A DNA stretch of 63,571 nt, filler included, from Octopus bimaculoides (lineage: Eukaryota), in assembly GCF_001194135.2 (NCBI RefSeq). It is 6 parts of 6 records of this genome, joined end to end, with 100 filler letters (N's around TTAATTAATTAA, not from the genome) between each part and the next. Parts side by side here need not be neighbours in the genome. Positions count along the whole stretch, not along the records: positions 1 to 14,932 come from NC_068985.1; 5 more parts are not named here. The stretch is one strand, 5' to 3'. A program made the translations under genes and the position numbers. The notes beneath the pieces are model-generated. The model saw only the letters and a program-made list of their open reading frames with translations. It did no database searches and was not told where the DNA came from. Below, one piece after another: positions 1 to 11,240 of this stretch; positions within the stretch are counted from its first letter, which is position 1, and each line of letters begins with the position of its first letter.

Positions 1-534
1 TTTCAACTGCTTAACTTCCCAAACTAACCTGTCATATCTATCGACTTTTATTTCTTCCTTATTGCATACCTTGTTGTCAGCTGGGCATGCTATATCTGTG
101 ATCCAGCATAGTTTGCTTTCTTTCTCAATTAAGACTGTCTGGCTTGTTATTCTCTATCTCATGGTTGCACTGAATCATAAAATTCTACAGGATCATATTT
201 GATGATGCCTTCAGGTTTGTGGTCGAACTAAATTTTTTATTCTGTCAAGTCCATACCTGTTGCAAAGTGTCCAATGGACAAGCCTGGCAATAATATCGTG
301 GCGTCTCTTATATTCTTTCTGGGCTAGTGACGTACACTGGCTGGTAATATCCCATATGGTTTCAGCATTTTGTCCACAGATTCTGCCCTTATCACTTTCT
401 GATGTGTTGTCTTCTCTGTATTTTATGTACTTTGTTCTTAGTGCTTGCTCTTGGGCAGCACAGTTTATTTACTCTGTCTGTCTTACTTTCAACATCCATA
501 TGAAATCGTCCATGCATTCTTTTCCTTATCCACC

Positions 535-535
<1 letters not shown>
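1..535 (-). mobile_element. R4/Dong-clade (RLE-type) non-LTR retrotransposon fragment, decayed; runs off the left edge
   Basis: Manual minus-strand translation across frameshifts gives MHGRF...AAQEQALRTKYIK...GRICGQNAETIWDITSQCTSLAQKEYKRRHDIIARLVHWTLC...LIEKESKLCWITDIACPADNKVCNKEEIKVDRY. This is the zinc-knuckle plus restriction-like endonuclease region. It abuts (ATT)n at 536. Confidence 0.85.
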
Positions 536-616
<81 letters not shown>

Positions 617-701
617 TAGTTTAATTTTATAGCGTGCTTTCACTTCAATACCGAGTTCAGTACTTTGTACCTTGGGTTCTTCTCCTTGTTGTTGTTGTTG
701 C

Positions 702-773
<72 letters not shown>

Positions 774-885
774 CATCATCATCATCATCATCACTTTGTT
801 CATCTTCTTCATCATTATTATCAACGTTCATATTATAAGCTTTTGATAAAACTAATACCTTTGTTGCACTACCTCTTCCTGTTCT

Positions 886-945
<60 letters not shown>

Positions 946-1150
946 CGGTGTTATACACCAACAACTATAACAACGGCAAGCATTACTGTAGCAATAACAA
1001 AACATCAACAATATGAAGATGATGATGTTGATGACGGTGGTGGTGGTGAGGATGATCATGATGATGGTGGTGGTGTTTGTGGTGGGGGTGCTGGTATCGG
1101 TGATAATTGTAGTGGTGAAGATTTATGATAATGATAATAATGATAATAAT
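536..1150. repeat. Compound trinucleotide microsatellite block: (ATT)n, (GTT)n, (ATC)n, (CTA)n, (CTG)n, (GGT/GAT)n
   Basis: Directly visible; accounts for the poly-I/N/V/L ORFs in the track. Confidence 0.95.
614..685 (-). mobile_element. 3' UTR remnant of the R4/Dong family also seen at 41476-41835 and 47567-47840
   Basis: ttttatagcgtgctttcacttcaataccgag matches ttttatagcgtgctttcacttcactaccgag near 41482. Confidence 0.7.
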
Positions 1151-1253
1151 AACAGAAAGAACGTTAATAAAAGAATTTACCATCAACAATGGGTCCCTGT
1201 TATTGAAATCCATCGCTTTTGTAGATCCACTTCCGTTGAAACATATTTCTTAC

Positions 1254-1393
1254 GTGTAAAGAAGCGGAAGATAGCGCTGATACTGATACGATAGTGTTGG
1301 CAGAATGTTTCCTTGCGTGGATGGGAGAGGTTCTATGTAATGTGCAGTTTCTATTCTGTGGTGGAATAGCTGGATGTAAATGGCAACTGAGTT
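1254..1393 (-). CDS. Candidate internal coding exon of an unidentified host gene
   Basis: 140-nt open exon with AG acceptor and CAC|GTAAGA donor. Phase 1 to 0, reading LSCHLHPAIPPQNRNCTLHRTSPIHARKHSANTIVSVSALSSASLH. No homology recognised. Confidence 0.3.
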
Positions 1394-1561
1394 CTACGAA
1401 TACATATGTGAATATTGTTTCAGGCAATTGCAACATTTGCCGGCAGAATAAAAGATGGATGCGAAAATGGAAATGGAAGGGAAGAAGTGAAGTAGAGAAG
1501 GAGGAGAAAAGAACGAGGAGGAGGAAAGGAGGGTGTGTACGGAAGAGAAGAGCAGACGATG

Positions 1562-1622
<61 letters not shown>

Positions 1623-1925
1623 CGAAAAAAGACAAAGAAGAAAATCGGGATGAATTTAAGAAGAAGAAGGAGAAGAAGAAGAAGAAGAAGAAGAAGAAGC
1701 AAAGGCGAAGAAAAGGGGGTAAAAATGATGGAAAAGGAAAATAAAGAAAATTATTGAAGGTAAAGTGAGAAGAAGAAGCGAAGTAATACTAGAGAATAAG
1801 CGAAAGACAAAGAGTGAGAGAAAAAGACAAAAGAGAAGCAGAAGAAAACAGGTAAAATTAAGAAGAGAAAGAATTGAAAAAGATCAAGAAAAGGGAGAGG
1901 AAGAACTAAAGAATAGCTAAAGAAG
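1562..1925. repeat. (AAT)n, (AAG)n and purine-rich low-complexity tract
   Basis: Directly visible. Confidence 0.9.
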
Positions 1926-2260
1926 AGGAAGAAGCATATATTAAATTAGAACCATAACAACTCATTCAACTTGATCTGTAATACAACTTAATCATCAATG
2001 CTATTAAAATGATCGGTATCGAGTAAATAGGAACTCATTTTAATATCATACCCTGTTAGCTCCATTTGTCAGTAGATCAAACGTAGTGAGGTACTAGGAT
2101 GCTTTAAGAGATGGGCGCCACTAAATATTCCCTATCACACACTGAAAAGGTAATGATGCACACGTAGTACAAAAACCGACGTATAGAATAGGTGGAGACC
2201 TGGAAAATCATTGACCTTGCTTCCCATTGTTAGCCACCTGGGTGGAAGAGACTAACTTAC

Positions 2261-2394
2261 TCCTGGAAACACAATGCAAAGCCATGATAATGATCGTTAC
2301 CAATGTTACTTAAGACGCATGACGATATCGTCGTCGAGATACGGAGAATTTACGGCTTATGCGTGTTGAGAATTCAGAGAATATAGTACTAAAC
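2261..2394 (-). CDS. Candidate exon carrying a start codon (ATG 2285-2283, MALHCVSR), phase-compatible with 1254-1393
   Basis: Acceptor catttcttttgacag|G, donor GGA|GTAAGT, start context atcATGG with an in-frame stop upstream. Confidence 0.3.
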
Positions 2395-4733
2395 CTGTCA
2401 AAAGAAATGGTACATGTTAGGCTTGGCTGAAATCATTTGAGCCCGATCTGCAGAAATGAAAAGAGATGAAGGTCACATTTGCCTCTACTGGGATGGTGCC
2501 AGGCACCATAATGGAATTATCATCGGCAACAAAGCCAGAATAAACTCAGTGATCCACTATGCAACAATTTTACTGCAAGTATTGTTTACGAAACCACAAC
2601 TTAGCTTCAATAGAGACCGATAAAATGGATACCAACTGAAAGTGAAAATAACGTATCTACCTTCTTTCTTTCTTTCTTTCTTTCTTCTTTCCTTCCTTTC
2701 TTTCTTTCTTGCTTGCTTTATTTCTTTCTGTCTGTCTGTCTGTTTGTTTGCTTTTCTTTCTGCCTCTATTTTTTTCAGTGCTTCTATAGAACATTTTCCT
2801 CCTTTCATGCACTGTTTGCTTAAGAATTCATGAGTTACGCTGATTCCTCTAAATATCTCTTCATTATTGAAGCCACTTTGATCCACCAATTAATGACTAG
2901 TCAATTTCCATATGCTTATATTTATCTTTAACAGCTAGCATAGTATTTTGTGTATATACACCCACACCAGTAATATGTGTAGTATGTACATTGGTCTATC
3001 CAGTAGTGTTACACTGCTGAACGTAGATTGCTAACGGGTTGCATGTGATGCTGATGAAAGAGAAATAACTCATGAAATATGGATATAGTCCCATCAACTA
3101 TTTTTCCCATCATCGATAGCATTGCTCACACAGACATTCGTTTAGAAAACGTCGTAACATGCAGTGCTGGCTCTGTATTCAATAGAAAATCTATAAAGAT
3201 AAATTTTGCACTCCCATTTTTCAATGGTAGAATCAGTTAATAATGAAATGATCGTTGAAAATCCGCAAAACGAAACTGGAAGATAACTGGGACATACATA
3301 TATACATACATACATAAATACATACTACTGTATGTATGTATGTATGTATAAGTGTATGTATGTATGTATGCAGGTAATGTAATAAAATGCATGTATGTAT
3401 GCATGCATGTATGTATGCATGCATGTAGTGTAATAGAATGTATGTATATATGTATGTAGGTGGGTAGGTAGATACGCAAGTTTGTATATACGATTGTATA
3501 CATGCAAGTATGTATATATGATTGTATCTACGTATGTATGAATGAATTTATTTATGATTATATGTACGTATTTATGTGTTTATGTATGTAAGTATGATCG
3601 AGTGCATGCATTCTTCATGTAAGTATATATATATGTATCTCGCTCTATCTTTCCCTCTTTGTTATTATTTCTGTGTGTGAGTGTATTTTTTTGTTTGTGT
3701 ATGTGCGTGTGTATGTGGCTGCCGGCTTCAAGGGGCTAAATGAAAGAAAAATACACTGACAGTTAGATGGACAAATGAGATTAATATACAATATTTACCA
3801 TTACAATTACAGCATTAATGGGTTTCACTCATATTGTGTGTATTTCCTACTCGAAAAAATCTTTTACTAAAAGCAGAATTAAAGTTATGCCACTGTATAC
3901 ATTCAAACTTGAGTGATATGTGGTGAAGCATTGTATTCAGAATAAAGATATTTCAGTGATATTTCTTCTTTTTGTATAAATCCTCAATGAGAAATCGAGT
4001 AGATAGTGATTGAATCGTAATCGTATTCTATTATTTTATATTATCTTAACGTAAACGAAAACATTGATTCACTGTATTATATATGACAATATACTTAGTT
4101 GCTAAAGAGATCCTAAAACTACTTTAAATTGTCCATAGTTGTGTGTAATGTTATTTCAAGAGTATAATATTAAATATGAATATTAAATTTCTGGTGCTCG
4201 AATTACGATGATTTACTCCGCGTATACAGCACGAAAATGTATGGCTGTCTCAAATCCCATTCAACACATTTTCAAGCCCTTAGTTAGATCGGAATCTGAA
4301 ATATTGCTAAATATTTAGGATCTCCCTCAGGTCAAAAACTACTACCTGAAGATTACACCCTCGAAATACTACTGCCTACGATTACAACCGCGAAGATGAT
4401 ATTCGTGGTTGTAATCTTAGTTACACGGTGCCTGAACGAAATAGTTATTTCCAGTTGTAGAACGCCTTTGATTGTAACTCTGTGCAATCAGAGTTGAGTG
4501 ATGGTTTTAAGAACAATTTCTGCGTGGTTAAAATGCAGGCCCTGTAATCCCTAACATCTGTCCCACTCTGCAGTACCTTGGGTAAGTATCTTCTGCTCAA
4601 GTCCTGGTTGATCATTGCGACGAATTTCAAATGAGTATATTTCTAATTGTGTAGATGTTGTTGGAGTCTAAATTTGAAATATTACCAGCTTGAATAATCA
4701 CTTGTACGATTTTTTTTTCAGATTGAGCATATT

Positions 4734-4872
4734 ATGAATATTAATAAAGAATTAAACCGTAGAAGTGTAATTGCCGAATTGTTCCGCGCCGGTGAAAGTG
4801 CTGGGGAGATAGCTAGAGCCACAATGTAAGCTAAATGTACTGTTTTTAGAGCTGTAGCCAATTTGTAGAAAA
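4734..4872 (+). pseudogene. Tc1/mariner-type transposase N-terminal HTH relic
   Basis: MNINKELNRRSVIAELFRAGESAGEIARATM*AKCTVFRAVANL* fits the paired-like HTH pattern of IS630-Tc1-mariner transposases. Two stops; truncated by a SINE piece. Confidence 0.6.
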
Positions 4873-4960
4873 GTCAGCCACTTGCGCGTTAATTTCACNN
4901 NNNNNNNNNNNNNNNNNNNNNNNNNNNGGAACCCTCGTCGTCGTAATTGACGGAGTGCTA
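4873..4960 (-). mobile_element. SINE fragment spanning a 30-N gap
   Basis: Minus strand reads tccgtcaattacgacgacgagggttcc...gtgaaattaacgcgcaagtggctga. A related decayed segment lies at about 32510-32620. Confidence 0.55.
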
Positions 4961-4984
4961 AGATATATATATATATATATATAT

Positions 4985-7900
4985 GACGGGGTTGGAGGTA
5001 GTGGTAATGCTGGTTGGTGCGATTTTTGCTGAGATTCTGACAGAGATCCGGCGGGCCCATAACTGGTTCTCCGATCTTAAATGTGTAACGTGGATGTGTA
5101 ATGATGGAGCGGCTGGTGTGGTGGTGATGGTAGCTGGTGCAGTGGTCATTCTCACAGTACTTCGTGGTAGACAATATTTTGTGCGTATGTCACACCACAT
5201 TTTTGTCCTTGTCTGTTATCCCGATTGAGTGTCATAACTCTGACTTTGATATTGTTCGTAGCTCGTGCTCATGAAAATGCGACATAATTGGCCATGAGAA
5301 AATAGCGGTTGAGGCAAATGTATTGCAACTTTTACAAATGCTTGCCCTTGAATCTTATTAATTGTCATTGAATATGCAAGTCGAAGTGGAAATTAAAGTC
5401 TGTTTAGTGTGAATGGAATATTTGCATCACTTGGGCTAAGTTTAATTCTGGGAATTAGAACTGTACGACTTCTGTTGGAGCCTGTTGCCAATAACGCCTC
5501 TACACAATGTTCATGAAGTCTTTGCAATTTCACGCGACTTCCATTACATGATCATTGACTGATCGAAAGATTTCTTAGCAGCATTACAATAACCCCTACA
5601 TTTAAGTTGAGGCAATGAGGAGGCACACCGGATGGAGTGAGTGAGTTTATGAATTCAAATGGATAGTTCTGAACCTCCTCTTCATTATTGCAGGATACTG
5701 AATCTGTGCTTAAGTACTTTTTAAGTGCCTCTGGTATAATATTAAGAACTTGTTCATTTATTTCATTTAGGAGATAAAATTACTCGTTTTACCATATCTT
5801 TTGGCGTGCAGTTGTTGACAATTTCTGGAACGAGTGATGTTTGATAGCAGGAAGAAGTAAGTACGTCAGCAGTATGTAGTGGAACATCTTGGAGAACATT
5901 GTTTAGGGAAACACTGCCAAGAAAAAGTTCATTAACATCTGCCCTCATATTTTAAGTTAACCTAAGGTGATGAAAATGATGCCATAAATGTGATCTTTTA
6001 ATGCGTGCATCAATAATAGCTGCTGGAGGTGCTCAGGGAACAATTGGGAGAATTTGTCTGAAATCGCCTCCAAGTAGAATTATTTTTCCTCAAAAAACTG
6101 CATCGTTTCCCATTATGACTTTTAGGCACCTATTTATGGCAGTTAAAGGGTAGCTAGGTATCATTGATTCTTCTTCTATCATAAAAAACCTGTCTGCATC
6201 TAAGTTAGATAGCGTGTTCTGAATCTGGTGGTACATTGCAAACACTATTTTCTGTAAGTGGCACTGGTAACTTAAAGATGTTGTGAATAGTTTTGCCATT
6301 TGTCAATAATGTAGAAGTAATACCTGCCCATGTTGCCATGCTTACGGTAATTCCGTTAACAGTAACCCTAACCCTAACTGAAAAAATATGTTTTTCCAGA
6401 ACCAAAGTGAGCGTCTAAATAGAAACAACTTCCATTTTCTAGTTGGCTTCTATCGACTGCAGCAATAGCCTCCATTACAGTGTGTAACACTTGAAGCTGT
6501 TCGTGATTTAAAGTACTTATATTAGTAGGTTCAATGTTATATTATCCTGTGTAAATGTTTGTCCACTAGGTTCTAGCAAACCAAACGTGCTGCAAGAAAT
6601 TCCATGTTCTCTGATTACGCCACTCAATGAATGTAAAGCCAAATGTTCAGCAGTGGTTGCATCGTGCTCGGTAACTAAATGCTCAATCATATTTTCTTTG
6701 TAAGTATTCCATATTTGATGGGCATTTTGAGGATGGTGAAATAAGAAAGACATGGCAAACAAAATGAGTAACTGACGTGGCATTCTAAAGGCTACTACCT
6801 CTCTGAAAGTATTTATTAGTTCTTCGTCATCTTCTAATAATCTTAGTCTGATGCAAGCTTCTTTAAACGATGGTAAAATTTCTCCTACTATCTTTATGTC
6901 CTCATAGGAAGTGGCTCCAGGAACATGAAGTAACAACAGCTTCAAATAAAACCTTCCAACATCTCTTGGACTCACAGATTACATTCTGCTGACAATACTG
7001 CATGCTCGTTGTCTGTGTGTCCAACATGTGTTTTTCACATTGAATACGTAGTGTTCAGGAATTTCGCAATACAAAAAGGTTCGTGCATTTATATCATTTT
7101 GATTTAATTTGAACCAAAACGTTAATGTTGTGTCACGTTCACGAGCTCTATCAACTGCTCCTTGTTGTTCTCCCTGTCGATAATACACTCTCTGTTCACT
7201 TGAAAGATGTACGGCTAGATGATACAGTGTATGAGATTGGTTATGCATAGGATAGTTGGAGAGGCACCATGTTCAGGGGCGCAAACATATCTGCGGGATA
7301 AGAATTGTTATTTCATCATACTGCTGATGCGGTCTTATTTCCCCACTTTCATTGCCATTTTGCTGCACTGAAATAAATTCCATCATTGCATAGTTATGTC
7401 ATTTATACTTTAAGCTTTTAACCGATGAACCGATTTCCAAGTTAATATGAGCTCGGTATTTCTTTATTGAAAGGCACTACAGATCTATTGTCGGCAATGT
7501 AATTTCCAGCACGAACTGAATCCTCATTACTTCTTCATTTGTAGGTTGGATATCCATTTACGTTCTCTATAGTTTCTTCACGAAATTGTCTAGGAAAATT
7601 CTTTTGACATTGTCCATTTACCATACAAACAGAACCAGGATAATGTGTTCAACAAAGTCTGTGAATCATCAGAGATGTAACTAATTCAAGAAGAAGTGCT
7701 TCGTTTCTGTCGGGGATTTCAGCTGTTACAAGAGAATCAATTTGTTCCCGTGTCTTTGGCTTATCTTGTTCACGTAACATAATTAGCACGTAACAAAGTG
7801 GCAAACCTCGTTTTTGGAATTCAATAACGTGAATGTGAGCAACAGGAACCCCCAGAATCTGTCTGTCTTTAATATCTGTCTTTAATATTCATTAAGATGA

Positions 7901-10447
7901 GCTTTATACAAATGTGACACTAAATCAGGCCTATTTTGAGTTGTTTCAGTGGGTCTCAAGTTCTTTTTAATATCAGGGCACCATGAGTTGCAAGTATAAG
8001 TTAAAAATAAATCAGATTTCCAATATTTACGAAAATTGGACATGGCATCCTGATATGACTGTTGTATATTTCTTGGACTGCCTGTAAATGAAGAGGGAAG
8101 AATAACAGGGACACCAGGATCTCTGTCATAATCATCTGCCAAGTGGTCCATGAGCCCTTAATTCATGTTGATGCTCTCTGATATAATACAGACGACAACC
8201 TTCTACTTTAAAATAAACATCAACAATATACTGCTGAAATAGCTTACCTGATTTGTGAATGGGACTAAATTCATCCCTTATTGCTAAACGATAGCAATAG
8301 TTGCATTGTGACTTTATTGCGAACTTTTGTTTGCCGCTGTTACATATTGCATACTTACGTGCCAAACACGTTTTCCATTGGGAAATGGTATTGGATAAAT
8401 CATAGGATTTAAATGCTGCGAGAGATACGAGATTTGTTGTCCTTGTTCACCTCGTGGATATATAACTACATTACGATGAACTGTAGGTGCACCATCTTCA
8501 CCTACGAATACAGCTGCAATTTCATTATTAACCGGGTTATTGTATCTCCTGGCATCTGGGCCAGATATGAAATGCATGGTTACTTTCCTCGGATTAACAT
8601 TTTCTGTGGCTACTCTGCTTTTCTTCTTGTTGTTCAACAGCGCGCATATCTAAATATGTTGCAGTATATGGAGCATTGAGCATGACTGAAGAAATCTTTT
8701 CCATTACTGACCTGCAAGCAATTAATGTTTTCAGGCTCTTGTTTGTAAGGCTTCTTTAGAATTAACAACATAGAGTTGAGCATATATTCTAGGTTCATTG
8801 TTTTCAGGATGTAAGTTGCTTGCGGTATGATAGACTTGCCCTTGCATGCGGAAACAGTATGGGCCACGACTAGGGGTAGATGTAACATTGGCTCCGAATG
8901 AGGCGAATAAATACATTGAATTATAGTTTCTGATGCTCTGTCTAAAGTTCATTCCTTCAATGTCGATATTCTCCAAAAGTTGTTTTAACTGGTCAGGGTA
9001 TTTAACTGGTCAGGATATTCTTTCGTTTCTTCAATGTCTCAACCTCGCATGATTTTTATTCCTTATTTCCTCCTGCTGGTTCTCGCGCAATCATTCTCTC
9101 CTTCCACGCTGACACTCACGTGCTGCGTCTCTCATGCGATTAACCATATTTTAAAACTTCCTATTAAAACAATAAATCTCCAAAATGATTCAGTGTTTCA
9201 ACAGAAAAAAAACATATACGAATGTACTAGAGAGTGTTTATTTCCCCCACGCGACACTTATTTCTGCAAACATGTTTTAACTAACCTAAACTACACACAC
9301 ACACACAAATACATTCATATATGTATGTCTTTGTGTGTTTCCTTTAGTTTTTGTTTACTTATACACATCAACAAATGAGCCAGAAATTCTAACTTAAAAA
9401 ATATAGAAAGAAAAAGGCAACTTTGTATCCCAAAGCCAAAAGATGTTTTTTAACTGAGGTGTAATTTTATGATGAAAACAAATTCAAAATTTAAATTTTG
9501 GAACAAAACACCTACTACGTTATCTGGTAGACGGCTGCAGTTGGAATGGGTTAAAACAAATGTGTGTGTGTGTGTGTTTGTTTGTGTGTGTTTGTGTGTG
9601 CGTGTGTGTTTGTGTGTGGTTGGCCCTCTAATAGCAGTTTAAAGTCAAGTCGCAGAAGGTAATTCAAAACGGCAACACTCACAATCATATACTTACAAAC
9701 ATACACATATATGCACACACATACACAAACACATACCTAGAGAGAGAAGCAGACAGACAGACAGTAAGTGTCAGTTCACAACGAAGTTTTCACCAATCTC
9801 ACTCTCTCTCTTTCTCATTCTCTCTCTCTCTTTCTCTTTCTCTCTCACTCTCTCTCTTTCTCTCTCTCTCTCTCTCTTTCTTTCTCTCTCTCTCTCTCTC
9901 TCTCTTCCTACCTGTTGCTTTGTTTTTTTAGTTGTGTCTTCAAGCACTTTCTCTCTCACTCTCTCTCTTTCTCTCTCAGTTTTTCTCTTACTATTAAAAC
10001 AACAAATGTCCAAAATGATTCAGTGTTTCAATTGAAAATCACGTACGAATCTATTAAATAGTTTTTGTTTAGGATACGGTATCTAATTTTTGCTATGGTT
10101 GAAAACACAAAACAAACACCACCTTCCTTTGGTCCCCATTCGCTCATCTTTCTTTTTCCCTCCCTCTCTCTCTCTCATTCTCTCCCTCTCACCCTCTCTG
10201 TCCCTTCTATATCAGTATTTAATGATTAAAAAATAAAGGACGTCGTTTTACATATGTGCCTGTACAAAATCAGGAGTACAAATGTACAAATTGAAATGCA
10301 TAAGAGCAAAATAATAAACGGATTTATGAAAGTTGGTAATTGCATTATTGCCACAACGCGTCACTTATTACACTTATTATAGCAAACATATTTTAACTAA
10401 CCTAAACTATACACATACACACAAATACATTCATATATATATATATA
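4985..10447 (-). mobile_element. Decayed autonomous Helitron with a repetitive upstream non-coding region; termini not identified
   Basis: Rep and PIF1-helicase fragments are collinear from about 9148 to 5152. The region 9160-10447 contains internal direct repeats. Confidence 0.9.
5152..9148 (-). pseudogene. Helitron Rep-helicase (RepHel) pseudogene
   Basis: N-terminal FRQSIRNYNSMYLFASFGAN...GPYCFRMQGQVYH; YPIPFPNG; Rep motifs TYTCNSWCPDI, RPDLVS and HVIEFQKRGLP (HUH degenerate); GRFYLKLLLLHVPGATSYED; Walker A DAHFGSGKT; GGDFRQILP; C-terminal QNIVYHEVL* ending at 5152. Many stops and frameshifts. Confidence 0.95.
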
Positions 10448-11169
10448 NNNNNNNNNNNNNNNNNNNNNNNNNNNNNNNNNNNNNNNNNNNNNNNNNNNNN
10501 NNNNNNNNNNNNNNNNNNNNNNNNNNNNNNNNNNNNNNNNNNNNNNNNNNNNNNNNNNNNNNNNNNNNNNNNNNNNNNNNNNNNNNNNNNNNNNNNNNNN
10601 NNNNNNNNNNNNNNNNNNNNNNNNNNNNNNNNNNNNNNNNNNNNNNNNNNNNNNNNNNNNNNNNNNNNNNNNNNNNNNNNNNNNNNNNNNNNNNNNNNNN
10701 NNNNNNNNNNNNNNNNNNNNNNNNNNNNNNNNNNNNNNNNNNNNNNNNNNNNNNNNNNNNNNNNNNNNNNNNNNNNNNNNNNNNNNNNNNNNNNNNNNNN
10801 NNNNNNNNNNNNNNNNNNNNNNNNNNNNNNNNNNNNNNNNNNNNNNNNNNNNNNNNNNNNNNNNNNNNNNNNNNNNNNNNNNNNNNNNNNNNNNNNNNNN
10901 NNNNNNNNNNNNNNNNNNNNNNNNNNNNNNNNNNNNNNNNNNNNNNNNNNNNNNNNNNNNNNNNNNNNNNNNNNNNNNNNNNNNNNNNNNNNNNNNNNNN
11001 NNNNTATATATATATATATATACACATATATTCATGTACGTGTGTGTGTGTGTGTTCATGTCTGTGTTGTCTTTTTACTTCATGACAGTGGACGTTGGCT
11101 TGTTAAACACAAAAGAGAATAAATACCATATTAAAAACAAACAAACAAACAAACAAACAAACAAACAAA

Positions 11170-11240
11170 CAATTACTTGAATTCTTCAAGGCAGTGCCCC
11201 GGTATGGCTGCAGTCCAATGACTGAAATAAGTAAAAGAAG
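11170..11240 (+). mobile_element. 3' end of tRNA-derived SINE family A
   Basis: cagtccaatgactgaaataagtaaaag is the reverse complement of the ttttacttgtttcagtcatt end shared by the copies at 42862, 43660, 53065 and 55805. Confidence 0.7.

Noticed and set aside
3046-3096. CTGATGA...GAAA hammerhead-like string
   Set aside because: Stem I and the core-stem II junctions do not pair properly.
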